NCBI GenBank assembly: GCA_964492965.1
Contig: CAZBME010000010.1
Span: 11,031-75,030, forward strand
DNA length: 64,000 nt
Reading direction: 5' to 3'
Source: an uncultured Syntrophaceae bacterium
Lineage (GTDB): Bacteria; Desulfobacterota; Syntrophia; Syntrophales; UBA8958
This document shows positions 1 to 9,481 of this stretch, piece after piece (the stretch's first letter is position 1; every line of letters begins with the position of its first letter). The notes beneath the pieces are model-generated. The model did not search any database, was not told where the DNA came from, and was given only the letters and a program-made list of their open reading frames with translations. The translations under genes were made by a program, and so were the position numbers.

Positions 1-2735
1 ACCACACCGCCGATCGAGGCGAAAGGCAGCACCAGGATAATGAGGGAGGCATAACGCAGAGAGCCGAACAGCAAAAAAAGCAAAAAGAAAATTGCGGCGA
101 TGGTCACCGGCACAATGATCGTTAAATGGCCCATTGCCCGTTCCATGTTCTGAAACTGGCCGCCCCACTCCAGATAGTAACCCTCCGGCAGTTTGACTTT
201 GCTGTCCACCGCCGGTTGCAACTCCGCTACGAATCCGCCAAGATCACGGTCCTTTACATTCACTCCCACCACAATGCGGCGCTTGCCCTTCTCTCGGCTG
301 ATCTGGGCCGGCCCGTCAGCGACACGGATGTGAGCCAGATTTTCCAACGCTACCAAAGCGCCATTGGGAGAACTGACGAGAAGATCGCGGATTGTCTCTA
401 TGTCACCTCGAAATTTCTCGGGAAGGCGCACCACCGCTTCGAAGCGGCGCTCACCTTCATAGATCGTGGTCGCCGTCCGGCCTCCAATGGCGGACTCTAT
501 CACGTCATGGATATCCGACACATTGAGGCCGTGACGAGCGATGGCTTGGCGGTCGATCTCGATGGATAGATACTGCTGGCCGGTCACCCGTTCCACTTTT
601 ATGTCCTGCGCCCCCTTGACGGCAGCGGCTACTTTGGCGATGGCGTCAGCTTTCTGTTTGAGAAGGTCCATATCATCTCCGAACAGCTTGATCGCCACAT
701 CAGAGCGCACCCCCGTTACCATCTCATCCACGCGATCAGAGATTGGCTGTGCCATAACGATCTGTACCCCCGGCAGGGCGATCAGTTTATCCCTGATGCC
801 TGCGGCGATGTTGTCCTGGGTCCAACCCTTGGGCCACTCGTTACGGGGTTTGAGACTGACAATGGGAGTGGATTCATTATGCCCCTGCGCATCGGCGGGG
901 CTCTCGCCACGACCAACCCCGGAAATGGCGGACTTAACCCCGGGCACCTGCATCACCAGGCGCATCGCCTCCATCTCCATTTTGATGCATTCCTCCAGCG
1001 AGATGTTGGGTACGCGATTGATGCCGGGTACGATCGAGCCTTCCTTCATCTCGGGAATAAAGGCTGTCCCGAGGAAAGGTAATAGAAGGATGGCACCGAC
1101 AAACAATCCGGCTGCAGCAAGGATGGTCTTCTTGCCATTGATCAGCGTCCAGTCGAGCAAACGCAGGTAGGGTTTCTTCACACAGGCCACCAGTCGAGTA
1201 TCGTGCTCGTCTTTTCCCACCAGCAGGTAGGAGCAGAGCACCGGGATGAGGGTAAAAGCCAGGACCAGTGATACTAGCAACGCAATGGCTATGGTAAAGG
1301 CGAGAGGGGCGAACATCTTTCCCTCCATGCCTTTCAGGGTCATCAGGGGAAGAAATACCACGATGATAATGGAAACGCCGAAGATTACCGGCATCCCCAC
1401 TTCCGCAGCAGCATCCAGAACGATTCGAACCCGGCTCATCCCCTTGCCCTTGCTTTCAGCCATCCGCTGGAAGGTATTCTCGACCACCACCACCGAACCA
1501 TCTACAATCAGACCGGTGGCAATGGCCAGGCCACCAAGGGACATCAGGTTTGCGGAAAGGCCGTAACGATTCATTACCATGAAGGTGATAAGCGGCGTCA
1601 GCACCAGGGACGCCACAACGACAAGGGACGAGCGCACATCGCCGAGGAACAGGAACAGCACGATGATCACCAGCACCATGCCTTCGATCAGCACTTTCAC
1701 CACCGTTTTGAGCGCAGCATCCACCAGTTCACTGCGGTCATAGTAGGGGATAATCTTGAGGCCGCCGGGGAGCATACCCTTGTCATTGATCTCCTTGACG
1801 CGTTGCTTTATGTTGGACACCACCTTCTTGGCGTTGCCGGCGCGCACCATCATCACGATGCCCCCTACCGATTCGGTGACACCGTTCTTCAGAAGGGCGC
1901 CATAGCGCACTTCGTGTCCTATCGTGATTTCGGCCACATCGCGCATCAGCACCGGCACCCCGTCCTGCTCCTTGAGCACAATGCTTCGAATGTCATCGAG
2001 ATCTTTGATCAGGCCGATGCCGCGGATCAGGTACTGCTCGGCATAATGGGGCAGCACGCCCCCGCCGGAATTGGCATTGTTTCTGGCCAGTGCCTGATAA
2101 ACGTCACGAAGCGTGACCCTGTAATGGCGCATGCGATCGGGATTGACCAGCGCCTGGTACTGTTTGACATAGCCGCCCTGCGAGTTGATTTCCGCTACGC
2201 CGGGGATTCCGCGGAGCAGCGGGCGCACTACCCAGTCTTGGGCAATGCGCCGCTCAGTAAGTTCTTCATGGTTGAGTGCCCGCATGCCGTCGTCGGGACG
2301 TTCCAACGTGTATTGGTATACCTCTCCCAACCCGGTGGACAGCGGCCCCAACGTCGGCACCACACCCTGTGGCATGCGCCCTGCCGCTTCGATCAGCCGC
2401 TCCATCACCAGCTGTCGTGCAAAATAAACATCCGTGGCGTCAGTGAAAACCAGGGTGATCTGCGACAAGCCCGGTTTGTTGAGGGATCGCATTTCCTCAA
2501 GCCCCGGCAGGCCGGTCATGGCCATTTCCAGCGGTACCGTTACAAAACGTTCGACTTCCTCAGGCGAGCGGCCGCGGGCTTCGGTAGCAATCTGCACCTG
2601 TATGTTGGTGACATCAGGGAAAGCGTCCACCGAAAGCTTGCGCGTTGCATCCAGCCCGAATGCCAAGAGACATACGGCTACCACAACTAAAACAAGGCGC
2701 TGCTTAAGTGCAGCGCGTATTATAGACTTTAGCAT
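1..2735 (-). CDS. Heavy-metal-efflux RND inner-membrane pump, CusA/CzcA family (5' ~911 codons; the 3' end runs off the left edge of the window)
   Basis: Absent from the ORF track because no stop lies in the window. The reverse complement from ATG 2735 reads MLKSIIRAALKQRLVLVVVAVCLLAFGLDATRKLSVDAFPDVTNIQVQI... and stays open to position 1. The TM4 region reads GGLAIATGLIVDGSVVVVEN. The start lies 1 nt after the adaptor gene stop. Confidence 0.9.
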   Translation of the reverse strand, partial: MLKSIIRAALKQRLVLVVVAVCLLAFGLDATRKLSVDAFPDVTNIQVQIATEARGRSPEEVERFVTVPLEMAMTGLPGLEEMRSLNKPGLSQITLVFTDATDVYFARQLVMERLIEAAGRMPQGVVPTLGPLSTGLGEVYQYTLERPDDGMRALNHEELTERRIAQDWVVRPLLRGIPGVAEINSQGGYVKQYQALVNPDRMRHYRVTLRDVYQALARNNANSGGGVLPHYAEQYLIRGIGLIKDLDDIRSIVLKEQDGVPVLMRDVAEITIGHEVRYGALLKNGVTESVGGIVMMVRAGNAKKVVSNIKQRVKEINDKGMLPGGLKIIPYYDRSELVDAALKTVVKVLIEGMVLVIIVLFLFLGDVRSSLVVVASLVLTPLITFMVMNRYGLSANLMSLGGLAIATGLIVDGSVVVVENTFQRMAESKGKGMSRVRIVLDAAAEVGMPVIFGVSIIIVVFLPLMTLKGMEGKMFAPLAFTIAIALLVSLVLAFTLIPVLCSYLLVGKDEHDTRLVACVKKPYLRLLDWTLINGKKTILAAAGLFVGAILLLPFLGTAFIPEMKEGSIVPGINRVPNISLEECIKMEMEAMRLVMQVPGVKSAISGVGRGESPADAQGHNESTPIVSLKPRNEWPKGWTQDNIAAGIRDKLIALPGVQIVMAQPISDRVDEMVTGVRSDVAIKLFGDDMDLLKQKADAIAKVAAAVKGAQDIKVERVTGQQYLSIEIDRQAIARHGLNVSDIHDVIESAIGGRTATTIYEGERRFEAVVRLPEKFRGDIETIRDLLVSSPNGALVALENLAHIRVADGPAQISREKGKRRIVVGVNVKDRDLGGFVAELQPAVDSKVKLPEGYYLEWGGQFQNMERAMGHLTIIVPVTIAAIFFLLFLLFGSLRYASLIILVLPFASIGGV

Positions 2736-2736
2736 A

Positions 2737-3885
2737 TCAGCCTTCCAATTCTTTGCGTTTGCGCTCGTTGTTGAGGTGGAACGCCCCATCGGTAACGATA
2801 CGCTCGCCGCTCTTCAAACCGATCTGCACCGGGATGTATCCGTTTCTTTCCTGTCCCAGAATAACGGGGCGCAATTGGAAACGCTTGTCATCCAATTGGA
2901 CGAAAACATGATCTTTGTTGTTCTCGCGTACCACAGCTACAGCAGGAACCAGCAAGCGGCGTTGCGGGATGCCCTGTATCAGCATGGAGGCGAGCATTTC
3001 CGGTTTGAGAAGGCGCTCGGGATTTTCTACATCCATGCGCACTGTTACCGTGCGTCTATCCGGATTGACTGTATCAGCAACATAAATCAACCGACCTGCG
3101 ATGCGTTTCCCGTTCAGCGCCGGAATCTCGGCCTGTGCCGCTTCGCCCTTTTTGATCAGGCCGGCCTGCTGCTCAGGCACTTCGGCCACCAGCCAGACAT
3201 GTGACAGGTCGGCCACGGTAAAGAGTGAAACCGCCGGCTGCACAACCTGCCCCGGTGTCACCTTGCGCTCGATAACCACCCCATTGAGCGTTGCCGTAAT
3301 CGAGGACAGGGAATGCACGGTGCGGGTGGAGGCGAGCGTCCGGATCGCACTCGCGGACATGCCCAGCACGTTGAGCTGGCCTTCTGACGCCTGCATTTCG
3401 GCCTGAGCCTGGGCTAACTCGCTCTCGCGCTTCTGCAGTTCCGCCGCGCCGATCACATCGGAGGCAAACAGCAACTTGGCCCGTTCCACGGCACGGCGCT
3501 GCAATTCCGATTGGGCCATTGCCTTGAGGTAGGCCAATTGGGCGGTGGATAGTTCGGCGCTGTGGAGCGTAGCGAGATGTTCCCCACGCTGTACCTGCTG
3601 ACCAAGTGTGGCATGAATCTGGGTCACGCGACCGGTCACGGCGGCGCCGATACGGGCCACACGCTGCTCGTCAACTTCGACACGAGCCGGCACACGCAAG
3701 GTTTCGCTTGTCTCGCCTTCACCGGCAGAGGAGATTTGCAGGCGTTTGAGAAAATCAGCCTGCACCGTCACCAGCATAGGGTCTGCTGGAACCGCAGCGG
3801 TAGAGGGAGCTTCTTTGCCTTTGCAACCACTCAGTGCAGCAGCAAACAAGACGAAAAACAGGATAGATAAAAGAAGTCGCTTCAT
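2737..3885 (-). CDS. Efflux RND periplasmic adaptor (membrane fusion protein, CzcB/CusB-like)
   Basis: 382-aa ORF with an N-terminal lipoprotein-like signal (MKRLLLSILFFVLFAAALSGCKG). It has a coiled-coil/HlyD-like middle section. Its start overlaps the upstream gene stop (ATGA) and it abuts the RND pump gene. Confidence 0.85.
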   Translation of the reverse strand: MKRLLLSILFFVLFAAALSGCKGKEAPSTAAVPADPMLVTVQADFLKRLQISSAGEGETSETLRVPARVEVDEQRVARIGAAVTGRVTQIHATLGQQVQRGEHLATLHSAELSTAQLAYLKAMAQSELQRRAVERAKLLFASDVIGAAELQKRESELAQAQAEMQASEGQLNVLGMSASAIRTLASTRTVHSLSSITATLNGVVIERKVTPGQVVQPAVSLFTVADLSHVWLVAEVPEQQAGLIKKGEAAQAEIPALNGKRIAGRLIYVADTVNPDRRTVTVRMDVENPERLLKPEMLASMLIQGIPQRRLLVPAVAVVRENNKDHVFVQLDDKRFQLRPVILGQERNGYIPVQIGLKSGERIVTDGAFHLNNERKRKELEG

Positions 3886-5147
3886 GGTTTCCCTCCGCGA
3901 ATGGAAGTGGCACGCAGCCGCTCGATCTCAATCAAAGCGGCTTGCAGTTCATAACGGGCATTGAGGAAGTCCACGCGGGTGGTTCGCAGCACGCGCTGTG
4001 CGTCAAGGTAGTCTAGAATCCCTCGCTCGCCGAAGCGGTAGGCCGCCTCAGCCACCTTCATTGCGTTTTCCGCTTCCATCATCAGGCCGGTTTCGAATGT
4101 CTGCACCTGGCGTTTGGCAATTTGGTAGCGGCCGTAAGCCTGATCCAACTCCGCCAGCAGGAGAAGATGGACCTGCCGCACTTCCGCTTCGGCCCGATGC
4201 ACACCAGAAACGGCCTCGCTGATGGGTCCCTCGCGGCGGTTCCACAGCGGTAACGGCAGAACCACACCGACACGCCACTGGTTCATATCCGGATCTCGCT
4301 CAGTGCTAAATCTTATGGTGGGCTGGGGTAGTCGAGCAGCGCGCTCCTGATCCAATCTTGCCTGGGCGCGGCTGGTTTCTGCCACGGCAATTTTTATCAT
4401 GGGTTGGCACGCCAGCAAATCTCGTCGCAGTTCAACAAGTTCCGGCAGGTTGGCTGTTAACGGCGGCTCAGGAACCACCTCAAAGCTTTCCTTAAGCGGT
4501 GCGCCTATCAGCGCCCGCAGTTGATCACGGGCCTGGGTCACACGCAGCTCGGCACTCCGGGCGGCACTTTCCGAAGCAAGAACTTCGGCTTCCGATTTCA
4601 CCAGTTCGTAGCGTGGCGATTCGCCGACCTCCACCTTGATTTTTACACGATGGCGGATTCGCTGCAGCAGGGCATGGTTTTCTGCGGCCAGGTTGGCCTC
4701 TTCCTGGCGGCGCAACACGTCAAAGAAAGCTTGTTTCACGGCAGTATGCTGGTTAAGTTGGGCATGTGTCAGTGCCGCTGTGCCTGAGGCAATACCGGCT
4801 TCTGCGCCCTGACGCCGCGCGGCGCGCAGGGAAGGCAGTTCGAATTGCTGGGACAACCCAAACAATTCATTGCTCCCGTTCATTCCGCCAATCTGGCGCG
4901 GGTATGAGGCGCCGGAAGCAATCTCGATCTCAGGGTTGGGATAGGCAATGGCCGTTTTCAGAAAGGCATGGGCGCCGAGTTCCTGGGCTTTTGCCGCAAG
5001 GAGTTTCGGGCTGTGCACTGAGGCGAGGCGTAAGGCTTCGTCCAGGGTGAGCTGTTCTGCAGTGGCCATAGGCACGCTGAGCACGGTAAAGGCCAGGAGC
5101 CATAAGCAGGCTTGCAAGGGGGTCCGCTGAATAAAGTGCGATGTCAT
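3882..5147 (-). CDS. TolC-family outer-membrane efflux protein (CzcC/CusC-like)
   Basis: 421-aa ORF with a signal peptide and the two-repeat alpha-helical composition typical of outer-membrane factors. It is the first gene of the C-B-A order. Confidence 0.8.
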   Translation of the reverse strand: MTSHFIQRTPLQACLWLLAFTVLSVPMATAEQLTLDEALRLASVHSPKLLAAKAQELGAHAFLKTAIAYPNPEIEIASGASYPRQIGGMNGSNELFGLSQQFELPSLRAARRQGAEAGIASGTAALTHAQLNQHTAVKQAFFDVLRRQEEANLAAENHALLQRIRHRVKIKVEVGESPRYELVKSEAEVLASESAARSAELRVTQARDQLRALIGAPLKESFEVVPEPPLTANLPELVELRRDLLACQPMIKIAVAETSRAQARLDQERAARLPQPTIRFSTERDPDMNQWRVGVVLPLPLWNRREGPISEAVSGVHRAEAEVRQVHLLLLAELDQAYGRYQIAKRQVQTFETGLMMEAENAMKVAEAAYRFGERGILDYLDAQRVLRTTRVDFLNARYELQAALIEIERLRATSIRGGKP

Positions 5148-5315
5148 GTTGAAACCTTTGAATGTGTCATTTTACAATCGGGTTTGTCCTTAATCCCTCC
5201 GTATTATGACAAGGGAGTAAAGGCCAGGAATCAGAACTGTCCGCGGAGTACTAAGCAAAACCGGAAGCGGATTTCACCAGCGGCAAGCGTGCCGGAAAAC
5301 TCTCAGCTTGTAGAA

Positions 5316-5633
5316 TTATGATTTGGCCGGGGGGGCCTTGTTGGGGCAGAGATAACCTGCATGGGAAGAGATGAAGATGATTGTGTCTTTATGGGCGATA
5401 GGGGCCCACAAAGGGTAAACTGCCGCAAGGCCAAGAGAGACGGCCGTCATTGCCGGGACGGAATTGAGCTGTTTTTTGCTCATGGTTCCGGAAATAGACG
5501 TTTTGACCTTGCAGATGGAGCAGGATTTCAGCAAAAAAGCGTTGTCATGGTGATGGAAGGCCACGGCCACAACGGCTAAGAAGAAGCCGGAAAGGGCAAG
5601 TAATAGAATCTTTTTGATCATTGACTGATACAT
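5316..5633 (-). CDS. Small membrane-anchored His/Cys-containing hypothetical protein
   Basis: 105-aa ORF. A hydrophobic N-terminus (KKILLLALSGFFLAVVAVAF) is followed by HHHD and CSIC. It lies on the same strand, 168 nt upstream of the outer-membrane factor gene. No family recognised. Confidence 0.45.
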   Translation of the reverse strand: MYQSMIKKILLLALSGFFLAVVAVAFHHHDNAFLLKSCSICKVKTSISGTMSKKQLNSVPAMTAVSLGLAAVYPLWAPIAHKDTIIFISSHAGYLCPNKAPPAKS

Positions 5634-5854
5634 ATTGCTAGTGCTGCCTCGTTGCCCTCGTAAATTTGGTTGCCCCTACCATCTATATCAAAGGCCTGTC
5701 AAGGGATATCATCTTTGAGCCAAGGAGATCAATTTCTCTTAGACCTTCCTTTCTTGTGCAAAAAAGCATAGAAATTATGGCTTTTGATATCAAGGCAATG
5801 GGAGCGAAGATATCGATTGACAACGTCAGTGTCTAATTGTACATCACCCAGTAT

Positions 5855-5968
5855 ATAAAGGGGAGTAGCTTCCGTCGGGTGTTCCGTCGGGCCGCGTTCA
5901 CCAATACGGTGGAATTTCCACCTGGACGCGGCATCGTGACTGACGTTGAGATTGAGCAAGACCTTTAC
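5855..5968 (+). promoter_or_regulatory. yybP-ykoY (Mn2+) riboswitch aptamer
   Basis: AAAGGGGAGUAGC (5857-5869) and UUGAGCAAGACCUUU (5952-5966) are the two conserved halves of the yybP-ykoY motif. Internal helices are GCCGCGU/ACGCGGC (5891-5897/5926-5932) and GGUGG/CCACC (5908-5922). It lies directly 5' of a TerC-family gene, a classic target. A candidate promoter is TTGACA (5817-5822) N17 TACATC (5840-5845). Confidence 0.85.
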
Positions 5969-6011
5969 ACACAGCATCTTAAGCCATGCTGCGGGTAAAG
6001 GTCTTTTTTTT
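5958..6011 (+). terminator. Intrinsic terminator forming the riboswitch expression platform
   Basis: AAGACCUUUAC (5958-5968) pairs with GUAAAGGUCUU (5995-6005) and is followed by a U-run to 6011. The 5' arm is the 3' strand of aptamer P1, so the aptamer and terminator are mutually exclusive. Confidence 0.8.
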
Positions 6012-6040
6012 GCCCTGCAGCGGCAAATGGAGGAAGATCG

Positions 6041-6778
6041 ATGATTGACTTGGGTTCGTTAGGCCACATCGCTTTTACTTGGGAGTTTCTGGCCGCTGTG
6101 ATCAGTATCATTATGATCGACTTGGTTCTGGCCGGCGACAACGCCGTGGTGATCGCAATGGCTTGCAAAAACCTGCACGGCAGGGAACGTAAACTGGGAA
6201 TTATTCTAGGGGCGGGTGGCGCTGTTGTCATCCGGGTGGCCTGTACCTTTATGGTGGCCCAACTGCTCACGATGCCATTCATAAAACTGATAGGCGGTGC
6301 GGCGATCGTATGGATTGCCGTCAAGCTGCTCACCGACGGCGCCAAAGAAGATTGTCCGGAACGCGAGTGTTTAAGCCTCTGGCAGGCGCTATGGATCATT
6401 ATCGTGGCTGACCTGAGCATGGGCATTGACAACATGCTGGCCGTCGGCGCTGCCAGTCACGGCAACCTGATACTGCTTCTTTTCGGACTGGCCCTTTCAA
6501 TCCCCTTCGTGGTGTTCATGAGTGGTATGCTTTCTAAAATGATAGACAAGTATCCCCTTATTCTTTGGGCAGGCGCAGCGATCCTCGGCAAGGTCGGAGG
6601 TGAGATGATGATCACCGATCCATGGCTCCAGGGCCTATTGACCCCTCCCAAGTGGTTAGAATATGTCATGATTGCATTCTCGGTGGTCTTCATTTGCGGG
6701 GTGAGCAAGATGATCATACGCAAACGCAAGGCAGCGCTTTCGGGCGGACGTCCTGCCGTCATCGAGCAGGTGCTCTAA
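6041..6778 (+). CDS. TerC-family integral membrane protein (putative Mn2+/metal exporter)
   Basis: 245-aa polytopic ORF with the TerC-like LAGDNAVVIA and GIDNMLAV repeats. RBS GGAGGAAG lies 5 nt upstream. Confidence 0.9.
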   Translation: MIDLGSLGHIAFTWEFLAAVISIIMIDLVLAGDNAVVIAMACKNLHGRERKLGIILGAGGAVVIRVACTFMVAQLLTMPFIKLIGGAAIVWIAVKLLTDGAKEDCPERECLSLWQALWIIIVADLSMGIDNMLAVGAASHGNLILLLFGLALSIPFVVFMSGMLSKMIDKYPLILWAGAAILGKVGGEMMITDPWLQGLLTPPKWLEYVMIAFSVVFICGVSKMIIRKRKAALSGGRPAVIEQVL

Positions 6779-6901
6779 AGGTTATCATGCAGCGACAACC
6801 AAGAGAAGAACAGGTGTCCTTGGCTACCGTACAGGCTATAATAGCTAACAGGCCTTTTAGTCCGATGACTGCAAAGTATCATAGAGAGAAGTGATCTTAA
6901 T

Positions 6902-8443
6902 TTAAGTGTCCACAATAGTATTAAGGCCTCTCGCCATGACAAAAAACGGCGCATGATTGGACGTAAAAACGGGCGGGTCGCGCTTCAGGATGGCGGCTGT
7001 CACGGGATGGCGCTTGAACTGCCGGTCCAGGAAATGCCGGATTTGCGGACGATTCCAGCCCTGCGGGTGAACAAAATCCTGATACAGGGACAGATCGCCG
7101 TCATAGAAATCCCTCGTTTCCAGGTCCCCGGCGGAATCGATGGGCAGGTTGAAAATCGCCACATTCAGAAAGTCGATGAACTCGCCGTGACGGGCGACAA
7201 AATCCAGGGTTTTCCCGGCATCATGCGGTGTTTCCGGCGGCGTTCCGAAGAGAAGATAGACGTAGGTGGCAATACCGGCTTCCTTCAGGGTTCTGAGGAC
7301 GAGGGAGGCCGTCTCCAGATCAATCCCCTTATGAAGGCCGTTCAGGACATCCTGCGACCCCGATTCGAGGCCCAGCTTAAGCATGACGCAACCCGAATTT
7401 TTCAGGCGGCGGCAAAAATCCCCGTCTGCCAGATGATCCGTGATGCGGACGAAGCCGTACCAGGGGACGCCGATGCTCCCGTTTGAGAGCGCCTTCAGTA
7501 GGGCCGGGCTCATGGCATTATCCAGAAAATGGATCAGGGAGGGCTTTTCTTTCATTGTTAACACTTGAAGGTCCGCCATCACCTGATCTGCGGGAATGGG
7601 GTTGTAGGAATTCCCCTCCGCCGTCTCCGGGCAGAAGGAGCACTTCCGCCAGTAGCAGCCCTGCGAGGCGCTGTAGGGCAGCACGACAGGGGGCGACAAA
7701 TAGTTCGGCAACAGGAATGCGCTGTAATCGGGACCTGTCGCCGACCCGTCGTGGGATTTGCCGGCCATGGCCAGCAGGGGATTTTCTCCCGGTCCGGCGA
7801 TCAGGTCATCCACAAGCCCGGCAAAAGGGTTTCTGCCCTGCAGGCGTTTGTGCCATGAAGTGACCAGCCCGCCGCCGAGGACAATCCTGGCGGAAGGCGC
7901 CGCCTGATGGAGAAAACCGATCATGGCAAACGCGCACAAGGCCTGGCTGAGATAATTGAGGGATAACCCGATGATCCGGGGTTGTTCTTCCCGCAGGACG
8001 GGAAGCAGACGGTCACGGAAATAGGGATGAAAAGGATTTCCTTCCGGCCTTTGCGCGGCCCGGATCAGATCGGCGCTTCTGACGGGGGACAGAAGGCGAT
8101 CTTCATAATTGGCCAGGCCGATCTGAAGGCGGGCGTCCACTGTTTTTTCAAGAATCCGCGACAGATCTGAAACGGCGCGCCGATAGCGGTCCGGATGATC
8201 GTAAAGCGGCTGTGCCCGAAGGGCTTCCATGTGGGTTAGACCGTGGCGAAAGGCCCGCCGTGTCCAGGTATCGACGCCTGCGGTGGGTGCATTCCGCCCC
8301 TGAAGAAGATAGAGAAGCCCTTCCAGAGAGGCATCGATGACGCGATATGGAACGGCGTGATGCTTCAGGGCGCCGGCCAGTTTTGCAAGGCCCGCCGGGG
8401 CTTCGCCGGGTTTGCTGACGGGAGGGTGGATAAGAAGAATCAT
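6902..8443 (-). CDS. B12-binding-domain radical SAM enzyme
   Basis: 513 aa. The N-terminal MILLIHPP...LAKLAGALK resembles a cobalamin-binding Rossmann-like domain. The cysteine cluster is GCYWRKCSFCPE. Downstream is GCVMLKLGLESGS. It is the last gene of a four-gene operon. Confidence 0.8.
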   Translation of the reverse strand: MILLIHPPVSKPGEAPAGLAKLAGALKHHAVPYRVIDASLEGLLYLLQGRNAPTAGVDTWTRRAFRHGLTHMEALRAQPLYDHPDRYRRAVSDLSRILEKTVDARLQIGLANYEDRLLSPVRSADLIRAAQRPEGNPFHPYFRDRLLPVLREEQPRIIGLSLNYLSQALCAFAMIGFLHQAAPSARIVLGGGLVTSWHKRLQGRNPFAGLVDDLIAGPGENPLLAMAGKSHDGSATGPDYSAFLLPNYLSPPVVLPYSASQGCYWRKCSFCPETAEGNSYNPIPADQVMADLQVLTMKEKPSLIHFLDNAMSPALLKALSNGSIGVPWYGFVRITDHLADGDFCRRLKNSGCVMLKLGLESGSQDVLNGLHKGIDLETASLVLRTLKEAGIATYVYLLFGTPPETPHDAGKTLDFVARHGEFIDFLNVAIFNLPIDSAGDLETRDFYDGDLSLYQDFVHPQGWNRPQIRHFLDRQFKRHPVTAAILKRDPPVFTSNHAPFFVMARGLNTIVDT

Positions 8444-8455
8444 GAGCGGTACGGA

Positions 8456-9481
8456 TCAGGCCAGGAGAGGAACCCCGTGGTCCTTGTCATCCGTCAGGAT
8501 TTCAAAGGCCGCCCGGTTCTTCGTGAAAAGGACTTCCCGTTTTGTTCCTTTGCCGCGACGATCTTCGAACCGGACCTCGCAGGAGGCAATCTTCGTATTG
8601 AGGCAATGCTTCATGCCGCCGGGGGGATTGTGATAGGCCAGCGCCACGAAGGATTCTTTCGGCGCGGCGATCGTGCCGTCAATGCGTATCCCCCGGGTTT
8701 CGGCCCGGAAAACCCAGGTGAAGTTGGAAAAGGAGCCCCGGGAATCGCAAAGCTTGAAAAAGGTGTTGAAGGCAAATTCCTCTCCGCGATGGCGCAGGAC
8801 AACCGGTGTGACATAAGGCGTCCGCAGGGAACCCCAGCGGAGGCAGGCCGTTGCCGCTTCCAGAAAGCTCTGCTGATGGGTGTCGAATCCCGCAACCTGC
8901 CCCCAGGCGTAGTCGTCCGTATGCCGCGACCCCCAGTTGTGGTTCTGGGAACCGACCCAGTTGTCGATCTCGTAACGTTTGTCATCAATGGCGAGAAATC
9001 CGTTGAAAACAGCCAAAGGCAATCCCACCAAGCTCTTGGCCCTCGGGAATTTGCTTTTATAGCGGTTTGACGGCAGGAGAAACAAAGGCTTCTCCCATCC
9101 CTGAAAATCCATGCGCCAGGTCATATGATGCCCCCCGGAGGCCGCACTTCCTTGAAGAACCCCTTCGCCCAGAGTAGCATCACCGATTTGTGCAAAGAAA
9201 CGTGAGGCGTCAAAGTTACATTCGGTGATGGGAACGATCTTCTTGACGGCGGCGTGCCGTCCCGTTTCCCCGTCAAACCAGACGCCCCATAATTCCCCTA
9301 TCGTTTCTTCCGGCCGCAGGCGCGGATTGAAAAGGGTATAGCGGATCCAGAAGGCCAGGGGCCGTTCGGCATGATTCGCCCGGACAAAATAGCTCTCGTA
9401 GAATCCCGATGTGTCCCCGGGAACATAACGGGAGAAATTGGCCTGTCGGCGCAGGGTATCCAAATCGACGGGCATAGCCAT
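8456..9481 (-). CDS. Tocopherol-cyclase-like (VTE1-family-like) protein, function unknown
   Basis: 341 aa. The blocks GFYESYFVR...AFWIRYTLFNP and KFPRAKS...YEIDNWVGSQNHNWG parallel the FFEGWYVR...NP and FPRA...NWG blocks of cyanobacterial tocopherol cyclase as I recall it. It abuts the methyltransferase gene (TAAATG). Confidence 0.5.
   Translation of the reverse strand: MAMPVDLDTLRRQANFSRYVPGDTSGFYESYFVRANHAERPLAFWIRYTLFNPRLRPEETIGELWGVWFDGETGRHAAVKKIVPITECNFDASRFFAQIGDATLGEGVLQGSAASGGHHMTWRMDFQGWEKPLFLLPSNRYKSKFPRAKSLVGLPLAVFNGFLAIDDKRYEIDNWVGSQNHNWGSRHTDDYAWGQVAGFDTHQQSFLEAATACLRWGSLRTPYVTPVVLRHRGEEFAFNTFFKLCDSRGSFSNFTWVFRAETRGIRIDGTIAAPKESFVALAYHNPPGGMKHCLNTKIASCEVRFEDRRGKGTKREVLFTKNRAAFEILTDDKDHGVPLLA

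Noticed and set aside
126-2690. Several plus-strand ORFs in the track (126-569, 541-1170, 1246-1566, 1803-2690, 2434-3204).
   Set aside because: They are antisense shadows of the RND pump and adaptor genes. Their translations are Arg/Ser/Pro-rich with no recognisable motifs, whereas the minus strand gives a continuous CusA/CzcA-type protein.
5729-5977. An 82-aa minus-strand ORF between the small His/Cys gene and the TerC gene.
   Set aside because: It overlaps the yybP-ykoY riboswitch and its promoter on the opposite strand. It has no RBS and no motif.
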